Source: Fistulifera solaris (lineage: Eukaryota). Taken from it: DNA of 64,000 nt. The notes below the pieces were generated by a model that saw only the letters and a program-made list of their open reading frames with translations, was not told the DNA's origin and did not search any database. Position 1 is the stretch's first letter. Every line of letters begins with the position of its first letter. A program made the translations under genes and the position numbers. The stretch spans positions 1 to 64,000 of the forward strand of contig AP026151.1 of NCBI GenBank assembly GCA_030295235.1, read 5' to 3'. Below are positions 11,812 through 24,929 of the stretch, in pieces.

Positions 11812-12490
11812 TTAACCTTCATTTCTGTGCAATTTTTTAATTCGAAAAAGGAGTAATATCATATTTGCTAGGTTTCAAATTACGAAAAAGGCAAATAAAT
11901 AGTTAACAAATAGATAATTCAAAACATTGGATCTTTTTCGCTGAATCCGAGCAGGTTTTGTAGTAAATCACGTCTGAAAATGCAAACTCAACATTACACT
12001 ACTGTTTATTGGATCATAGTCGATAGTGGATAGTACACCATAAGAGAAACGAATTTCGAAGGAATAGTACCTGGTACCTGGTACTGGGTACTGACATTCT
12101 TCTTTACTCTTTTCAAGCAAAGAATTCGATACATTTAAGTTGGATACACATTCATGTTATGGTAAAAGCATCTGTTATTTTGTCGTTGGGCAAAAGGCCA
12201 AAGCACAAACTGACCGAGCGAACAGCTAAAAGCTAAACTTAATAGTAAAGTGGTGAAAGCAACAAACAACGGGCTACATGGTAACCCAGCCAAAGGCCAA
12301 ACACCAAACACTGCTCAGCGCTTGAAAACAAAAGGCCCCACTCGGAATAACCATCGAAAGGCCTCTATTGATGTTCTGTTGCTCATTGTAGTTAACAGCA
12401 AATCCTTCATAGCCTTTGTTATCTTGGTTTCTGGCTTATTTTCCCCTCGATTGTTGAATTTCAATTCATTGATTTTCGCACGATCTCAAC

Positions 12491-13579
12491 ATGTCTGATT
12501 CGCTGCTTACCGGAGGACCCGAATCGTTGCGGTGCGGCTCTTCTGCACTTGGCATCGACGCGGCAAGCATTCTCCCTTTGATCGTGTCTCTCCAGATCAA
12601 TATCCAGCGTTTGCCCGTGAAAACGATGCTACGCTTTCCTTTCCGGAAAAGGTAGGCTAAAAAGGGCGTTTTAAGTTGTTAAGGAGGTTGTTTACTTCAT
12701 CGTTTACTCACTCTTTCATGCTGCAAATCGACTCAACGCAACACAATATCAAAGTTAATTATGATGCTCATGCACATCGAGCACGCGTGCATCTCGACGG
12801 GACGAAAACCCGAAGAAGAAGCGATTCATTGGACAAAATCGGGAGATGCTTTTGTTGTTCGCGATGAGAAGAGACTTAGTGCGGTCTGGCTTCGTGTCTT
12901 TTTCGGGGATACCAAGTACAGTTCGTTCACGCGCAAGCTCTATAGATGGTCGTTTCACAAAATTAGTCCGTCAGTCTACAATCTTGATCGTAGTCAAGTC
13001 ACGGTATTCGGAAGTATTAACTTTCATCGTGAGAAGAAGCATCTTGTCTTGCAAATGGAAAGTCAGACTGCCGCAAAGCAGCGGCGATCTATCATGGCAC
13101 AGCAGCGAAAGATCAAGCAACAGCAGCTTCTGAAAAACAAAGAAATCAAGACATCTTTCAACGCTGTCCCCGAGAAAGACCAGCAGACCAATTCGTCATC
13201 CGACACGTTACTTGATGGATTCGCGAAAGAGAGAGTGCCGAAGCCAGTAAATACGCAGTCTTCTTCCAATCGTTTCTCAACGCATGATCCGCATCATGAT
13301 ATGATGGAGAGACTACAGAAAGGTCTGGTTCTGGCCAACTTTCTCCGCGAAGGAGGTTATCAGGGATCGCTTTCGAGCTTGCAGCGTTTGCTAGAGCACA
13401 ACGGGACTCAGCACAGCCTTGACGCTGGTGTGAACGCCAGTTCAGCATCAATTGCGGACCAGCCATCACTCGCCATGCAGCTGTTGAAACAGAGAATTCA
13501 GCAGCAACAGGTGCAATACGAGCGTATGCAGATGCAAGCTTTGGCGGCAATGATTCGCAACCGCTTTGCTCAAGAATGA
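12491..13579 (+). CDS. Heat shock transcription factor (HSF DNA-binding domain)
   Basis: TLSFPEK|LIMML...AIHWTKSGDAFVVRD...FFGDTKYSSFTRKLYRWSFHKI; intron 12652-12754; Q-rich C-terminus. Exon 1 appears to contain a frameshift, so the start is tentative. Confidence 0.9.
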
Positions 13580-14235
13580 GGTTTGCCCGACGAAGACCGG
13601 CTCTTCGTCGGTCAAGTCGGCATTATTCCGGCAGTAGGATAAGCTTTCTGTGTGCCTGCATGCTGGATTTGCCCCTCATGTTTTCTGCAGGGTCGCAGTT
13701 CCCGACTGATTTCGTTTCTCGTACAAAACGTGACTCCACGCAAACGATGGATCACCCGGGAACGGAATCAACGTCACAGAGACCTGCGCTCTTGCTAACC
13801 ATGGTGATTGAAACGATTTTTTCTCGAATGACTTCACGCTTTGGCGTGGACGACACTATGAGACAGGAATCGAGATCACCGACCCTTTGTGAAACGTGCG
13901 ACGGTGAATGTTGTTGGTATTCGTCACATGTTACTACTACGTTTTTCATTGATTAGCAACAACTTCGAATGCTGAAGCTATTCGATTGCAGGACATACCT
14001 TGACTGTTTTGTCGAATGACTTCATTCACATGTGTGTGACTGAACGAAATGACGGAGCCGTACAGTGTGCTTGTAAGCTATAGCCGAGCAAAACTTTACA
14101 TTCTATATAATAAATATTAAACATTTAATGTGTAAAAAGGCGATATTGAGAAGAACGAGGAACACTACAAGTACTTGCTGGAAATTTGATCTCTTACTTG
14201 TTTACAGGTCTGCGCTCTAAAAGCCACATGGTGTA

Positions 14236-15544
14236 TCATGCGCAATCTCGTTTGTATTCTCGAAGTCTTCGCTTTGACTTTTCCAATTGGAACAATGCTC
14301 GTGCTCTTACTTCGTTACAGCGATTCTCCACAAGATCACGTGGCGAAACTTGCTTCCGCTTCGAAGGTTGCACGTCATGTTGTTCTTTGGGCGATGAGTG
14401 ATTGTCAGCAAAGTGCCCAGGCACGGAACCTCCGTCTGGTCTAACTCGACTTTTCGTCGAGGCTCCAAAGAACGACACTATTGGTACTGATCTACTCGCG
14501 AATCATCATTCGTCTTTTCGACGAGGGATGCAATACAATCCACGAAAGCGAGAGAGGTTCGTCGGGTGTCATTTCATTTTCTCGTCGACTTGGCAATAAG
14601 GGCTGGTTAGACGTATCTTTATCTGTAGTTCTGCCTTTCGATCTTCGTCCGGGAAACTCTAACATGGATTCGGAATTTCCCGTCTTAAGTTCGATCATGA
14701 GTTTATCATACCAGAGATGGGTAAGGTGATCTACCTCGATAGCTAACTCTTCCTCCTTCTTCTCTTCGTGAACAATCAGTTCTAAAGCTATTGGATCGTT
14801 TCCAACAGGCTCTTCTTCAACGCTATGTTCAAAATCTTTCAGTTGACGGTCTACTATCTTTCTTCGAGCTCTGAGTTTCTTGAAAAGCTCATGACTGAAG
14901 GGCAAAAGAGGAAGGCCAAAGCTATCCCTGGGAGGTGTCGAAGCTTGACTAGTACCACTAGATCCAGATTGAGGGCTCGCTGTCCCATGCGCAACGTTGT
15001 TAAGGAAACGTTCCGAGTCTTCATTCGCCCCAGCAATGTTCCTGTCGCTGAAAGAGTCCGAGGTTGAATGAGTTGTTGAGTGACTTGCATACATCGCATC
15101 GCTTCCATTAACGGAGAATACAGTATGCAACGCCGAGTAATGACTCGGAGGCGATGACAATGTTTCATTGTTAGATAATAGAGTGATCGATGAATCATCA
15201 CGGCGATCATCAAAGTCTTCCCACAGGTCTAGCGATATATTCAACAAGTCATCGTCCGGATTCGACAAGTCCATGTACTCTTCAGCTTTCGCAATGTCAA
15301 GCAGACTATTTCGGTATGATTTCGGATGATTCGCCGAAGTTCGCGTGCTGTATGTTCCGCTGCTAGTTGTGCTGTAACTGTTGTAGCTGTCGACACTTTT
15401 CATTTGATTCCCCCAAGTGGGTGCAGCAATTCCAACGAGACCCTCATTCTCGTTGCCCGTGACATTGACTGCAGTATCTCTTGCCGATTGTATCAATATC
15501 TGAGAAGGCGAAAGAAAGTAAGTTGGTTTCGTTTCTGCGTTCAT
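14236..15544 (-). CDS. Hypothetical Ser/Asp-rich low-complexity protein
   Basis: 350-aa ORF 14492-15544, likely continued after a frameshift in ORF 14236-14478; no recognisable domain. Confidence 0.6.
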
Positions 15545-16075
15545 TCTTTTAGCTGTTTAGGAGTCTTCCGTTCGTCTGTTGTCTAGGTTGATTTGCTCAG
15601 TGCGCCTTAAATTTGACGAATCGCGACTTTGCCACTTTCAGCTTTCAACGTAAGAAGATCGATTCAATAGAAGATCGATTGGATTGCTTTATCTTGAAAA
15701 GTCTCAATCACTGGCTTTTTCATGAGAGGAAGAGCAATAGCAACGGTGATGCGATGAAACAGAAAACAAAGCCGGCATAACAAACAGCGGTTGGATTTTG
15801 AAAAACAAGACTACTTGTGAGTAATACAGAGCTTCTCAGGTATCGCTGGTTAAGTAGCAAGCGGTACAAAAATAGGCTATGTGAAGAGGCGGAGCTTCGC
15901 AACGTACAAAAATACTTACAAGCCAAAGGAATTTACTTAGGTGAGTGGGTACACGCAACGTTTTCCGGATTCGGCCATCAGTTTCAGTCAAGGGTCAAGG
16001 GTAATAAAACACCACTGATTCGACTAGACACTCTAGACGGATGCAGTCATGCCTTAAAACCAACTATGTTATGAT

Positions 16076-18026
16076 CTAGTCACTCGACCTATCGACGTCT
16101 AGGACGAGACCGCCAAGCACTTTGGTCCAAAGATAGTCTATCTGATAATAGGGGTCATGATTGTAGCGTGTTGCGGCAGCGCTGTTGACGAAATATTGGA
16201 CGAACCCCGAAGAAATAGAATACGCAAGAAGAAGAAAAAATCCCGGACCCATTTCTCCATTGACGCCTAGAATGTCAGATCCTGCATCGCCTGCTAGACG
16301 ATTAATTAATGCATCGAATTTGTACTACCGACGCGGACGAAGCGTGAGAAAATTACAATGTTGTCAACAATGCGCGATCAAAACCGTACCTGAACAATAT
16401 AAACTCCCATTAACAATACGTCAACACTTGCAAATGTCCAAATCGAGTCGCCAAGCCGTAAGATCATGCTATTGGAAACAGCACCGAGCAATGCCAGCAT
16501 TTGTATCAAATGCACAACAAGAGGCGACACGACCACAAGGAGCAAGTACGCCATACATAGTGTCCACATGGCAGGTTCCGCGGAACTGTCACGCATCGCT
16601 TCGTCACTTAAAAGTTCCGTTCCTAAAGTGAAAACGTTGTAGCTTCTCTCGCAAACAACATCTCGTTGCTCTCCTTCGGTTGTTTGAAAACGCAATATTT
16701 CTGAAATCGACCCAACAACATAGAGAGCCATGCTCGTCGCCCATGAAAGCCCAACAAAATAGAGTGCAAACGTCACGCTACGACAAGAATGTCCGGGATT
16801 TGAAGAGTTGTACGCATTTTGAAATTGTAATGCAGCCAATAATGGTCTTTCGACGTCGGCCGTTTCTTGTGTCTCATGGTCGGCCTCCTTATTGTGTTCC
16901 TTCAACGACTCTTGATGCAAGGCTGCCATCCATTCAATGTGCCAAAACTCCCAGAAAGTGGCCACGAGAAATGCAATAATCGCTGGACGTGCTTCGCCAC
17001 GAATCTTAATCGTAGTTTCGCCTATCAACGCTTGGAGCCAAACCCCAACCAGAAGAATGAGAACCACCTTTCGAGCCATAGTCCTGTTAGACACGATGCA
17101 GCATTCATCAACCATTCCTTGCGATGCATACTTACGTAGACGTCAACGAGCGTGTATTTGCCCAGTCGCTTGAGCCATTTCAGCAACCTAGATCTTGTGT
17201 CAATCGAATGTGTCATCCAGGCAAACATGAGCAGAACGTTTTTGAGATACGGCCAAAGTCCCGAAAAGATCACAACGAGAAAGGCCAACAGCTTGGCGTC
17301 TCCATTCCACGCATCTTGCAAAGCGTTCAGAAACTTGATTTCGTACACTGGATAGTACTCAATAGGAGTTCCTTCTTGTTCTTTAGGATCAATGATTATG
17401 CAAGTATCACTTTGTTCTTCTTGTTCTCGACGACGATGACGGTACACATAACGCGCCGAAGAAAAGAATCCAGTGCAATTGTAAAAAACCTGTTGACAGG
17501 GAAGATTGCATGTTTGGCATTGATCTGATTGAGAATCTTGGGCACAGGCAAAGGCACATCCATTCTGCAATCCACACTGTGGCAAGACTGCAAAGCATTC
17601 TGCACATGCGGTCGAATAGCCGAAATTTTCAACGAAGCATTCTGTATTGCATTGCACATCAACAAGACAACCTGTTTGTTGCGAACAGAATGAATTGGTA
17701 ATGCTGCGATTCGCGGCTCCTCCCAGTGCATTCCAGATCTCTGTGTCTTTTAGAGTGCAAGTGCCCGTAGCATTATTTGTTGTGTTTGTATTTATATCGA
17801 CACGAGGCTGATTCGAATAAATGACACCCGAAACTCCCAAATGAGCGTACAGCATTAACGCCGCATTCAAAACCAGTGAAAGCGTTTGTAAATATCCCGT
17901 TCTCTGACTGTATTTTGAAGCCAAAGAAAAGGATGATGACAAGGACGAATCGTCCGTCCGAATATCATCGCTTCGTCGATTTTTCTGCTGCAAATCTTCA
18001 TTCATGTCGTCATTCGTTGCACTCAT
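16076..18026 (-). CDS. Multi-pass membrane protein with two PqiA (paraquat-inducible A)-like segments and a Cys-rich lumenal domain
   Basis: LLAFLVVIFSGLWPYLK...LKRLGKYTLVDVY|VVLIL and LLLVVVSPL...IWTFASVDVLLMG resemble PqiA repeats. Introns 17068-17135 and 16325-16389 restore one frame ending ...DVDRSSD* at 16076. Confidence 0.7.
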
Positions 18027-18466
18027 TCAGTCGCTCGACGCTAAAAAAATCAAAGGATGATTATAAATTAACAAAAAATAAATCATTTTTTGTTCTTGCC
18101 TCTTATTATCGAAAGAATGAAGGCGCCTTCGCACGTTGAGTACCAGGTATGACTATATAAATCGAAGTATAGGCTCGACTTTTCCACGACTAAATATCAT
18201 TCATGAAGTTATGATGCAAGACTCATGACCGAAAAGCAGTCGTGGGAACGGTTCAACCAACACTTTGGACCATAGTACTGGTTGTCGACAAGGAACTGCT
18301 GTCGAAGTAGCAGCGCTCGACATTTTTTTGCTGCTTTCATTCACCATTCATCAGCAACATCATCAATTGCTGCTGCTTACAAACTATTCATTCGATCTCT
18401 TTCCCGTCATTTCATTTCATTTTTTTATCAAAACTGCAACACGTAAACAGAAAGAGGATATTTAAG

Positions 18467-20152
18467 TCAATGCAATTGGGGAAGAAGGACTTGATCGATC
18501 GTAAAGACATTGGCATTGCAAGCTCGACTGTTTTCGCTGACAATCCGCGGCAAAGCATCCCAATCGTTTCCTTGTCCCATTTGAAAGATAGAGTCATTGA
18601 CGCAGAGCGTATGCGTATTCTTTCCGTTCACCATTCTCAAATGCTCGTCGCAAACGAGATCCGTTGAATATAAAACATCCTCAACGACAAAATGAAACAA
18701 GAGAATTTTAAGAGGAAGAGAATGCGTTGAATCGAATGTACTTCCAAGACTCGCAAAGGCGTCATTGTTTGGAGCGAAAACAGTCCATTCATGATCTTGT
18801 AAAATCGATGCGAGGTCGCTCTCCGTCAAAATAGCGCAAAAGGTCGACAAATCGTCCGTGTTACACAGCGTCTCGACTGCGATGTTGTGAGAGATAATAC
18901 AAGACGGTCAATCCGAGGCATTCTATTATTTCCAACTTCCATCGTGCAAGGATCAATGCTACGTACCAACGGTTTCACACTCATCTTGAGTCTGCTCTTC
19001 GGGATCGCTAAGGCTTGACGAATTTTCGAGATTTGGAAGGATAACTTGGTTCGTCAAGTGCAGGAGGCCGGAACACGCTTGGATGTCAGGAAAAACGATT
19101 TGAGGCTGCAATTTCTCGGCATTGGCCTCGCCCCGTTTGGAAGATCGTGTCACCATCACACATTGTAGTCGTATTAACGCCATTCGTCATGGCGATGGAT
19201 ACATTGCACTGCAAATCAGAAGAAGATACAACTCCTTCCGTTAAATGATAAAGAAGAACGTTGGTGAGCAGTTCCGTTTCGGAAGCAATGCTGTCTAGTA
19301 AACCGCCAAGAGCCGTGAAAGCTTCGTTGATGGGCGCAAATAATGTCCATGATCCTTCGGCTAAGACATTATCGAGGCCAAGCTGCGTAATCAGTGTGCA
19401 AAGTGTCGACAATAGACTCGAGTCGCATACCATGTCGGCTATTTGATTGAAAAGAAATATGATGTGAGAGATTATGTGGTCGTAGATTCAGCGCAATGCG
19501 TAGATGCAGACGCACCGATGGTTTTGCAATCTGGAACAGTTTGAGGCACCGGTTCGAAAGTCGCTGGTAGGATCACTTCATCTATGATATGAAGGACAGA
19601 ATTACACGTGTTGATGTTGCTGGCGACAATTTGGGGCAGATTGTCCGCACTATTACCGTCTCCGACTTGGTATGTTGTATCGTCTTGACATACAGTGCTA
19701 CTGGTTTGTCCATTCGCCATTTGTATACTGCTTCCGCGAAAGCAAATCGTCGACGAATAGCAATCCGTCAAATGCATGAAACAGAATCAAATCGGTTAAC
19801 ACGTCAGTGTTGTTGAAAATACTCCCGAGATTTTCTCCTATGTTGAAAAACGCATTGTTAGTTGGTACAAAGATGGTCCAGTTGCCCTCGTTCAAAGCAG
19901 ATTCGAGGCCAGTTTGCGTGATGGAAGCAAAGTGTCGATAGAGAGCTGACGCGACAGACAAGTTCACCTGTCGAAAACATAGAAAGCGGAATGAGAAAAT
20001 AGGTAAGCTCACACCCGTCACGTGCTGTCGTCCTTACCGACACTTAAGCACTGCGCCCTTGCAATAGAAAGAATTGAGGCCGTACTCAGAAGATAGCAGA
20101 ACATCATGACTGTGCTTTTGATCCCCAACATGATGCGAAAAGTGCAAGCCAT
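18467..20152 (-). CDS. Secreted fasciclin (FAS1) protein with three FAS1 domains
   Basis: Three WT(I/L/V)F(V/A)P(T/I/N)NxAF H1 motifs, LL(F/Y)H cores and H2-like VLHIIDEVILP / VFTIDQVLLP; signal peptide; first intron 19968-20037, further introns and several frameshifts. Confidence 0.88.
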
Positions 20153-20689
20153 GTCGACTGAAAATGTTTGTTGACATGTGTGAAGTCTCGATCCAATCTT
20201 GTGTCGATTGGTGTTTCGCAGATACGTGCTTTCGGAGTGGTGATTCGTGCAGAATAAAAATGGGCATAACATGCCGAGGACATTCGTTTTTGTGTTTTAC
20301 GTCTCATGAAAGCTCCACATGGCACCCTGTCGCAGAATCTCTTCGACTACTACACTATGCCCCATCACTACGTCGAGATATCAAAGAATGCTAAGGCCGA
20401 TAGAAAACGGAGAGACATGCCATCGAAAGCAATTCGCATGGATTGGAGTGCCACTGGCATTGGAAAGATAGAGAATCTGATTTGAAAAGAATTCAACGTT
20501 GCAGTTAATCCTAGTTATCGATGAGAATTTTATAAAACGGAAGTATGACCCGATCGACGGCGCAAATCTATAAAAAAACCTCGCTTAACATTCAATCCGA
20601 CCCAGCGTGCGTGATGGCTGCACAGTGTCGAAAAGTCAGCGGTGCTACAAGCCATCTCAACTAAATGAATGGTGAGAGGAAGTGGCGTT

Positions 20690-21700
20690 TCATTAACAAC
20701 CCAAAAAATTCTTACAAGTTAGCAACTCACCGATTGTCCGACAGGAAGTTGGCAATGCTTCTTCATTGGCGCCCGTGTCGTACACTTCGTCCGCCTCGTC
20801 ACGTGTCTTGTAGTCACTGCTATCATTACGTTCGTCCTCCCGTAACTGGCACAGTCTCCTCAGCTTCTTTTTCAACAATTACGTCTTCCATGCTGGGGAA
20901 AATGACTTGATTGACTATTGACGACGAAAACCTGGCCATTGCAGGCAGGGACTGCCAATTGGATTTGCGGCATTGCATCCGGAGAGTTTCCTGCGCATGT
21001 TTGAAAGATTGCGTCGTCCACACATGCCATTAGCCATCGTGATTCTACCGTTGCATTCTAGATAGGTTGAGAGCAACGCGTCATTGACGACGTGTGCACA
21101 ATGCCAAGTGTGTTAGGCGATGTGATCAACCTTTGCAAATGGATGGTTGGAATTGGTGACGAATGAGGAACGAGCTTCACGAATCACCGAACGTTAAGGT
21201 GGAGTTAAAGACGGAATTCTTACTCAAGACTAAGTGGCTCTCAGCTCTCAGTCGATGCAAATCATTGAGCTTGTGCACGAACACTTGTGCCGAGTGCCAA
21301 GTGTGTTTAGCGATGTCATCAACCTTTGCAGATGGACGGGCTCCACCTCGGTATAAACTCCCTTTTGAATGTAAATAGTATTATCAACGAACGACTTACA
21401 ACATTGGAAGAATGACTTCATCTACAGCATGTACCACACTGTTATTACAAGCCGCAAGATCCACAAACGACCAAAGGTTATGCGGTTGCGTCGTTGCCTT
21501 GACCCGCTAGAAAATATCTTTACTCTCACAAAAGGTGCCACTCGTTTGACCATTGGCGATTACCACCTCGCTATCGCATCCTAGATCCGTCGAGTAGACG
21601 GCGCCTCCAACTAAATGATAAATTAGGATGTCGGTCAGGAGATCATTGTCGGAATGAAAGAGTTCGACTAACAACTTACGTGTGATGTGACTTTTGTAAG
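20690..21700 (-). pseudogene. Degenerate fasciclin gene fragments
   Basis: DILIYHLVGGAVYSTDLGCDSEVVIANGQTSGTFC (21507-21640), NSVVHAVDEVILPIV (~21400-21450) and ECNGRITMANG (~21030-21060) parallel the neighbouring FAS1 gene, but carry in-frame stops and have no recognisable start. Confidence 0.6.
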
Positions 21701-22573
21701 AGAAATGTGTCGCAAACATCATCCTCGCAAACATCATCCTCAATCTTCAATCTAAAGTCAGAAAACCAAAGTCAAACTAAAGTCTCAGTGGTATTTGGTC
21801 ACTGATAACTGTTGAATGGCTGGTGACGTGACTTTGACATTTGACATGGAACCTGGAATTGGGATACCTGGTACAGTACCTGGAATTTATTTGTTTGAGG
21901 TTTGAGGCTTGAGGAAATCAACCATCAATCACAGAGTACAACCGTCTAGTCACAACGAGGCATAAGGCATAAGTCACTGACTGTTTTGCTTTATAGAAGA
22001 GGAATACAGCAAAGTGTATAGTAAACAAACACACAAGACACAATTCAGAAACCCTGGAATATTGTTCGTAGTCTCTCTGTCTCTACGATCTACGATAAGA
22101 CGATAAATGACCAACAGTACCATTGATTTGCCCAACAATTTACGTTACCGACAATCGTACATCGCTGGTCGCTGTTCAAAGTTCGACGTTCAAAATTGAT
22201 CGTATTACATATTACATTGCGACGCTTTTCGTATTATATAGAGGGAGAAACTTAAGCCCTCACAGTACGAGGGTTAAGTCTAGTTTACGAATGTCTTGTT
22301 TGTTCACGATTCATCTTGGATTAGTACTTATGTAAAGTGTTCAGTTTTATCGCTGGGCCAAGGGCAGTTGTTGGCATTTATTACTTCAAAAGATGGCGAG
22401 TGGCGAGTGCAATAGTTTCGAACGTTTCCAGCTCGTGAAAATCGCGTTGCCTTAGTTTTCGGCAGCTCCCCCCAAGGACCCAATCGTTGCGCAATTATGA
22501 TCAAAGTTATTTAGAGCAGGATCTCCATGAACTCATGGAAGAGAAACATTGCTATTTCATTTGACGGCTGAAC

Positions 22574-23287
22574 ATGTACATTCCGGCAAATGAATCCTCG
22601 ACACGTACCGTCGACGACGATTGCCCTTGTGAGCTCCCGATGCCGCTCTCTCAGGAAGAATCCCGGTCACGGAATCAAAGGAAGTCAGTGTCGTTTGCTT
22701 CGGAGGCCTTACTTTATTCTAATCCTTACTTCATAGATGAGATCCGTGCGCTATGGTACAGCCAGGACGAATACTTATCGCTGAGAGAGGAGCGTCGCAC
22801 TGCAGTCAAACTTCTTCGATTCTACGGCGTTGAAGCAGTGAAGAGGAAAGTTTGTCTCCGAGGTTTGGAAGCGTACTTTTCAGTAGAGACGAACAGAGCG
22901 ATGAAGGAGGCACGGGATCTAGCTGTTGTCAGTGTTTTGCACGAACAAGATCTACAGAGAAAACTAGGCTATTACGATGCAGAAGGCTTGCGAAGTGTTT
23001 ACGTTCCCGCAACGCAAAATATGCGTGATTTTGCACGACAACTAGCGCGTAATAATGACTCCCTCTCGGCTGACAAGTTGGGACTTCCTTTGACGCAGCC
23101 TATTCCGATAAATGCAAGAAATACTTTTCAAGACGCCATGACTCAACAACGTTCACAGAAACGGCAATTACGGGAAGACGTTGAAAGCATGGATAGAATA
23201 ATTTTAAATACCAAAGCACTCGACATCAACACGTCGAGTCGAGCATGTCACGACGAGTTCGCACATGTTCGCATCAACCGGATTTAG
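22574..23287 (+). CDS. Hypothetical protein of a diatom-type expanded family (KxVxF...WY...CxRGLE...VLxEQ)
   Basis: Intact 237-aa ORF with RKSVSF, LWYSQDEY, CLRGLE and SVLHEQ motifs. Confidence 0.8.
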   Translation: MYIPANESSTRTVDDDCPCELPMPLSQEESRSRNQRKSVSFASEALLYSNPYFIDEIRALWYSQDEYLSLREERRTAVKLLRFYGVEAVKRKVCLRGLEAYFSVETNRAMKEARDLAVVSVLHEQDLQRKLGYYDAEGLRSVYVPATQNMRDFARQLARNNDSLSADKLGLPLTQPIPINARNTFQDAMTQQRSQKRQLREDVESMDRIILNTKALDINTSSRACHDEFAHVRINRI

Positions 23288-23450
23288 GTTTCATAGGAAA
23301 GCTAATACTTCAAACATTCAACAATTTTGTTTCTTAATCAATGTAACTTAACTCAAAAGGCATCACAGATCACGCGTGCTGAAGCTGCGTCGCACATTCC
23401 TCATAAGTCTGATTTAATACAACTGACATTCGTTAGACTACCCAGTCAGT

Positions 23451-24278
23451 CTAAATACGGCGGTTGGGGGGAGGAATTCGAATTTGTGTTGCCTGATCGC
23501 TAGGTGTAGCACCCCACCAACTCGAACGCGAGACCCACATCATGGCACTCATGATCAAGCCCGCTGATTTAGAAAATCCCTCATCAGGCGCTTTGGCGGA
23601 AGCTCTTTGTTGTGCTCGATTGGAAGAGTGTTTGCGCTGATTTGATCTGACATGTCGAATGTCTTTCCCTCTCTTTCTGTCACTCTGTCGAGCATGAATT
23701 GGTTTGGTGATATTCTCGGACCCTTTCCTGGTAGCATCCTTTCCGATCGCATCGTTGAATCCTTTTGCTCTGTAGACAGCTGCGCGCAGTTCTTCTCGAT
23801 GCATCGCGATTTCTTTCAAAACAGAGTCGTTCGTTTTTACCCGTATCGGACGAAGCTGAAAGCGATCGCACGTATCAGCATCCCACTTTCTTTCATTTCT
23901 CGGTAAAACAGGCCGATGAATGTACTGTGACTTTTGCATCGGCTGCGCTTTCGTCCACAATCCCTTCTGTTTTGCTTCACGCAATGCCTTTTCGAGCTCT
24001 TTCTTTTGCTGCCATAGAAGATCAATATCGGTTCGAATGTCGACGTGGTTGCTAGACATTTGATCGTCTGTAATAAGACTGTCGAGAAGATCATTGCAGC
24101 TGCTGCTGTAGTCGGGAAATGAAGTATTGATAATACCCGGCTTGGTGACGCATGAATCTGATCGACTCGTAAGATCTTCTTGTGTCGTAATCAACGAGAA
24201 AAACTCAGAATCCAGGGAAATCGACACCACAGATTTTCCTTCCTCTTCATTTTCATTTTTGCCTCTAACTTCTGTCAT
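23451..24278 (-). CDS. Hypothetical protein
   Basis: Intact 275-aa ORF with an ATG start and short coiled-coil-like segments. Confidence 0.65.
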   Translation of the reverse strand: MTEVRGKNENEEEGKSVVSISLDSEFFSLITTQEDLTSRSDSCVTKPGIINTSFPDYSSSCNDLLDSLITDDQMSSNHVDIRTDIDLLWQQKKELEKALREAKQKGLWTKAQPMQKSQYIHRPVLPRNERKWDADTCDRFQLRPIRVKTNDSVLKEIAMHREELRAAVYRAKGFNDAIGKDATRKGSENITKPIHARQSDRKRGKDIRHVRSNQRKHSSNRAQQRASAKAPDEGFSKSAGLIMSAMMWVSRSSWWGATPSDQATQIRIPPPNRRI

Positions 24279-24929
24279 GGTGACTTTTGCGAACAGTTAG
24301 CTTCTGAAGGGGAAAATTAGAATATGCTTTCATTTTTGTTTGCTGCTTGTGCCTTACGAATCCTTATCGAACAAGCCGCTTAGACAGGACCGTGAAAGTC
24401 CTTCAACATCTTTTTTGCTTACATTAAGCTCTCATTCGTTTGTATTTGACGTTATTTACGATATTCCTTGAAACCTGAAACTAAAAAAAGTATCGCCAGC
24501 CGCGAGGGTGGATGCTTTTTTACTATACTCGAAGTAGTAAAAAATAATGGCTCCTACAAACACTAAGGATAAAGATTAAATTGTGAGTCAACAATCCTCA
24601 ACCTTGTAAACCTTGGCTGACTATCGGGCATCACGAATAATGAATAACCGATCAGTGCATTGCGCATTATGAAAAAGAAGTACACGAGCAGCAAATGTAT
24701 CTTAACCGGTTTGCACAACGAACAGAAACGGGGTAAGAGTCCAGCAAGAAATACGAACAATAAGTTGTTCGTGACTGAAATGCAATCGTGGGAAAGTCCA
24801 GTGTCCATGCGGAAAAAATATCCGCGAATCAATCCATAGTGAAAAACGGCTACTAGAATTCTGGAACTTTTGCTTGTGAAACGGAGAAACCTTATGACAA
24901 AGACAAAGCCAATTGTTAACCGTTTTGAC

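Noticed and set aside
13576..13956. 126-aa ORF overlapping the HSF stop codon
   Set aside because: No coding signature; likely 3' UTR or intergenic sequence.
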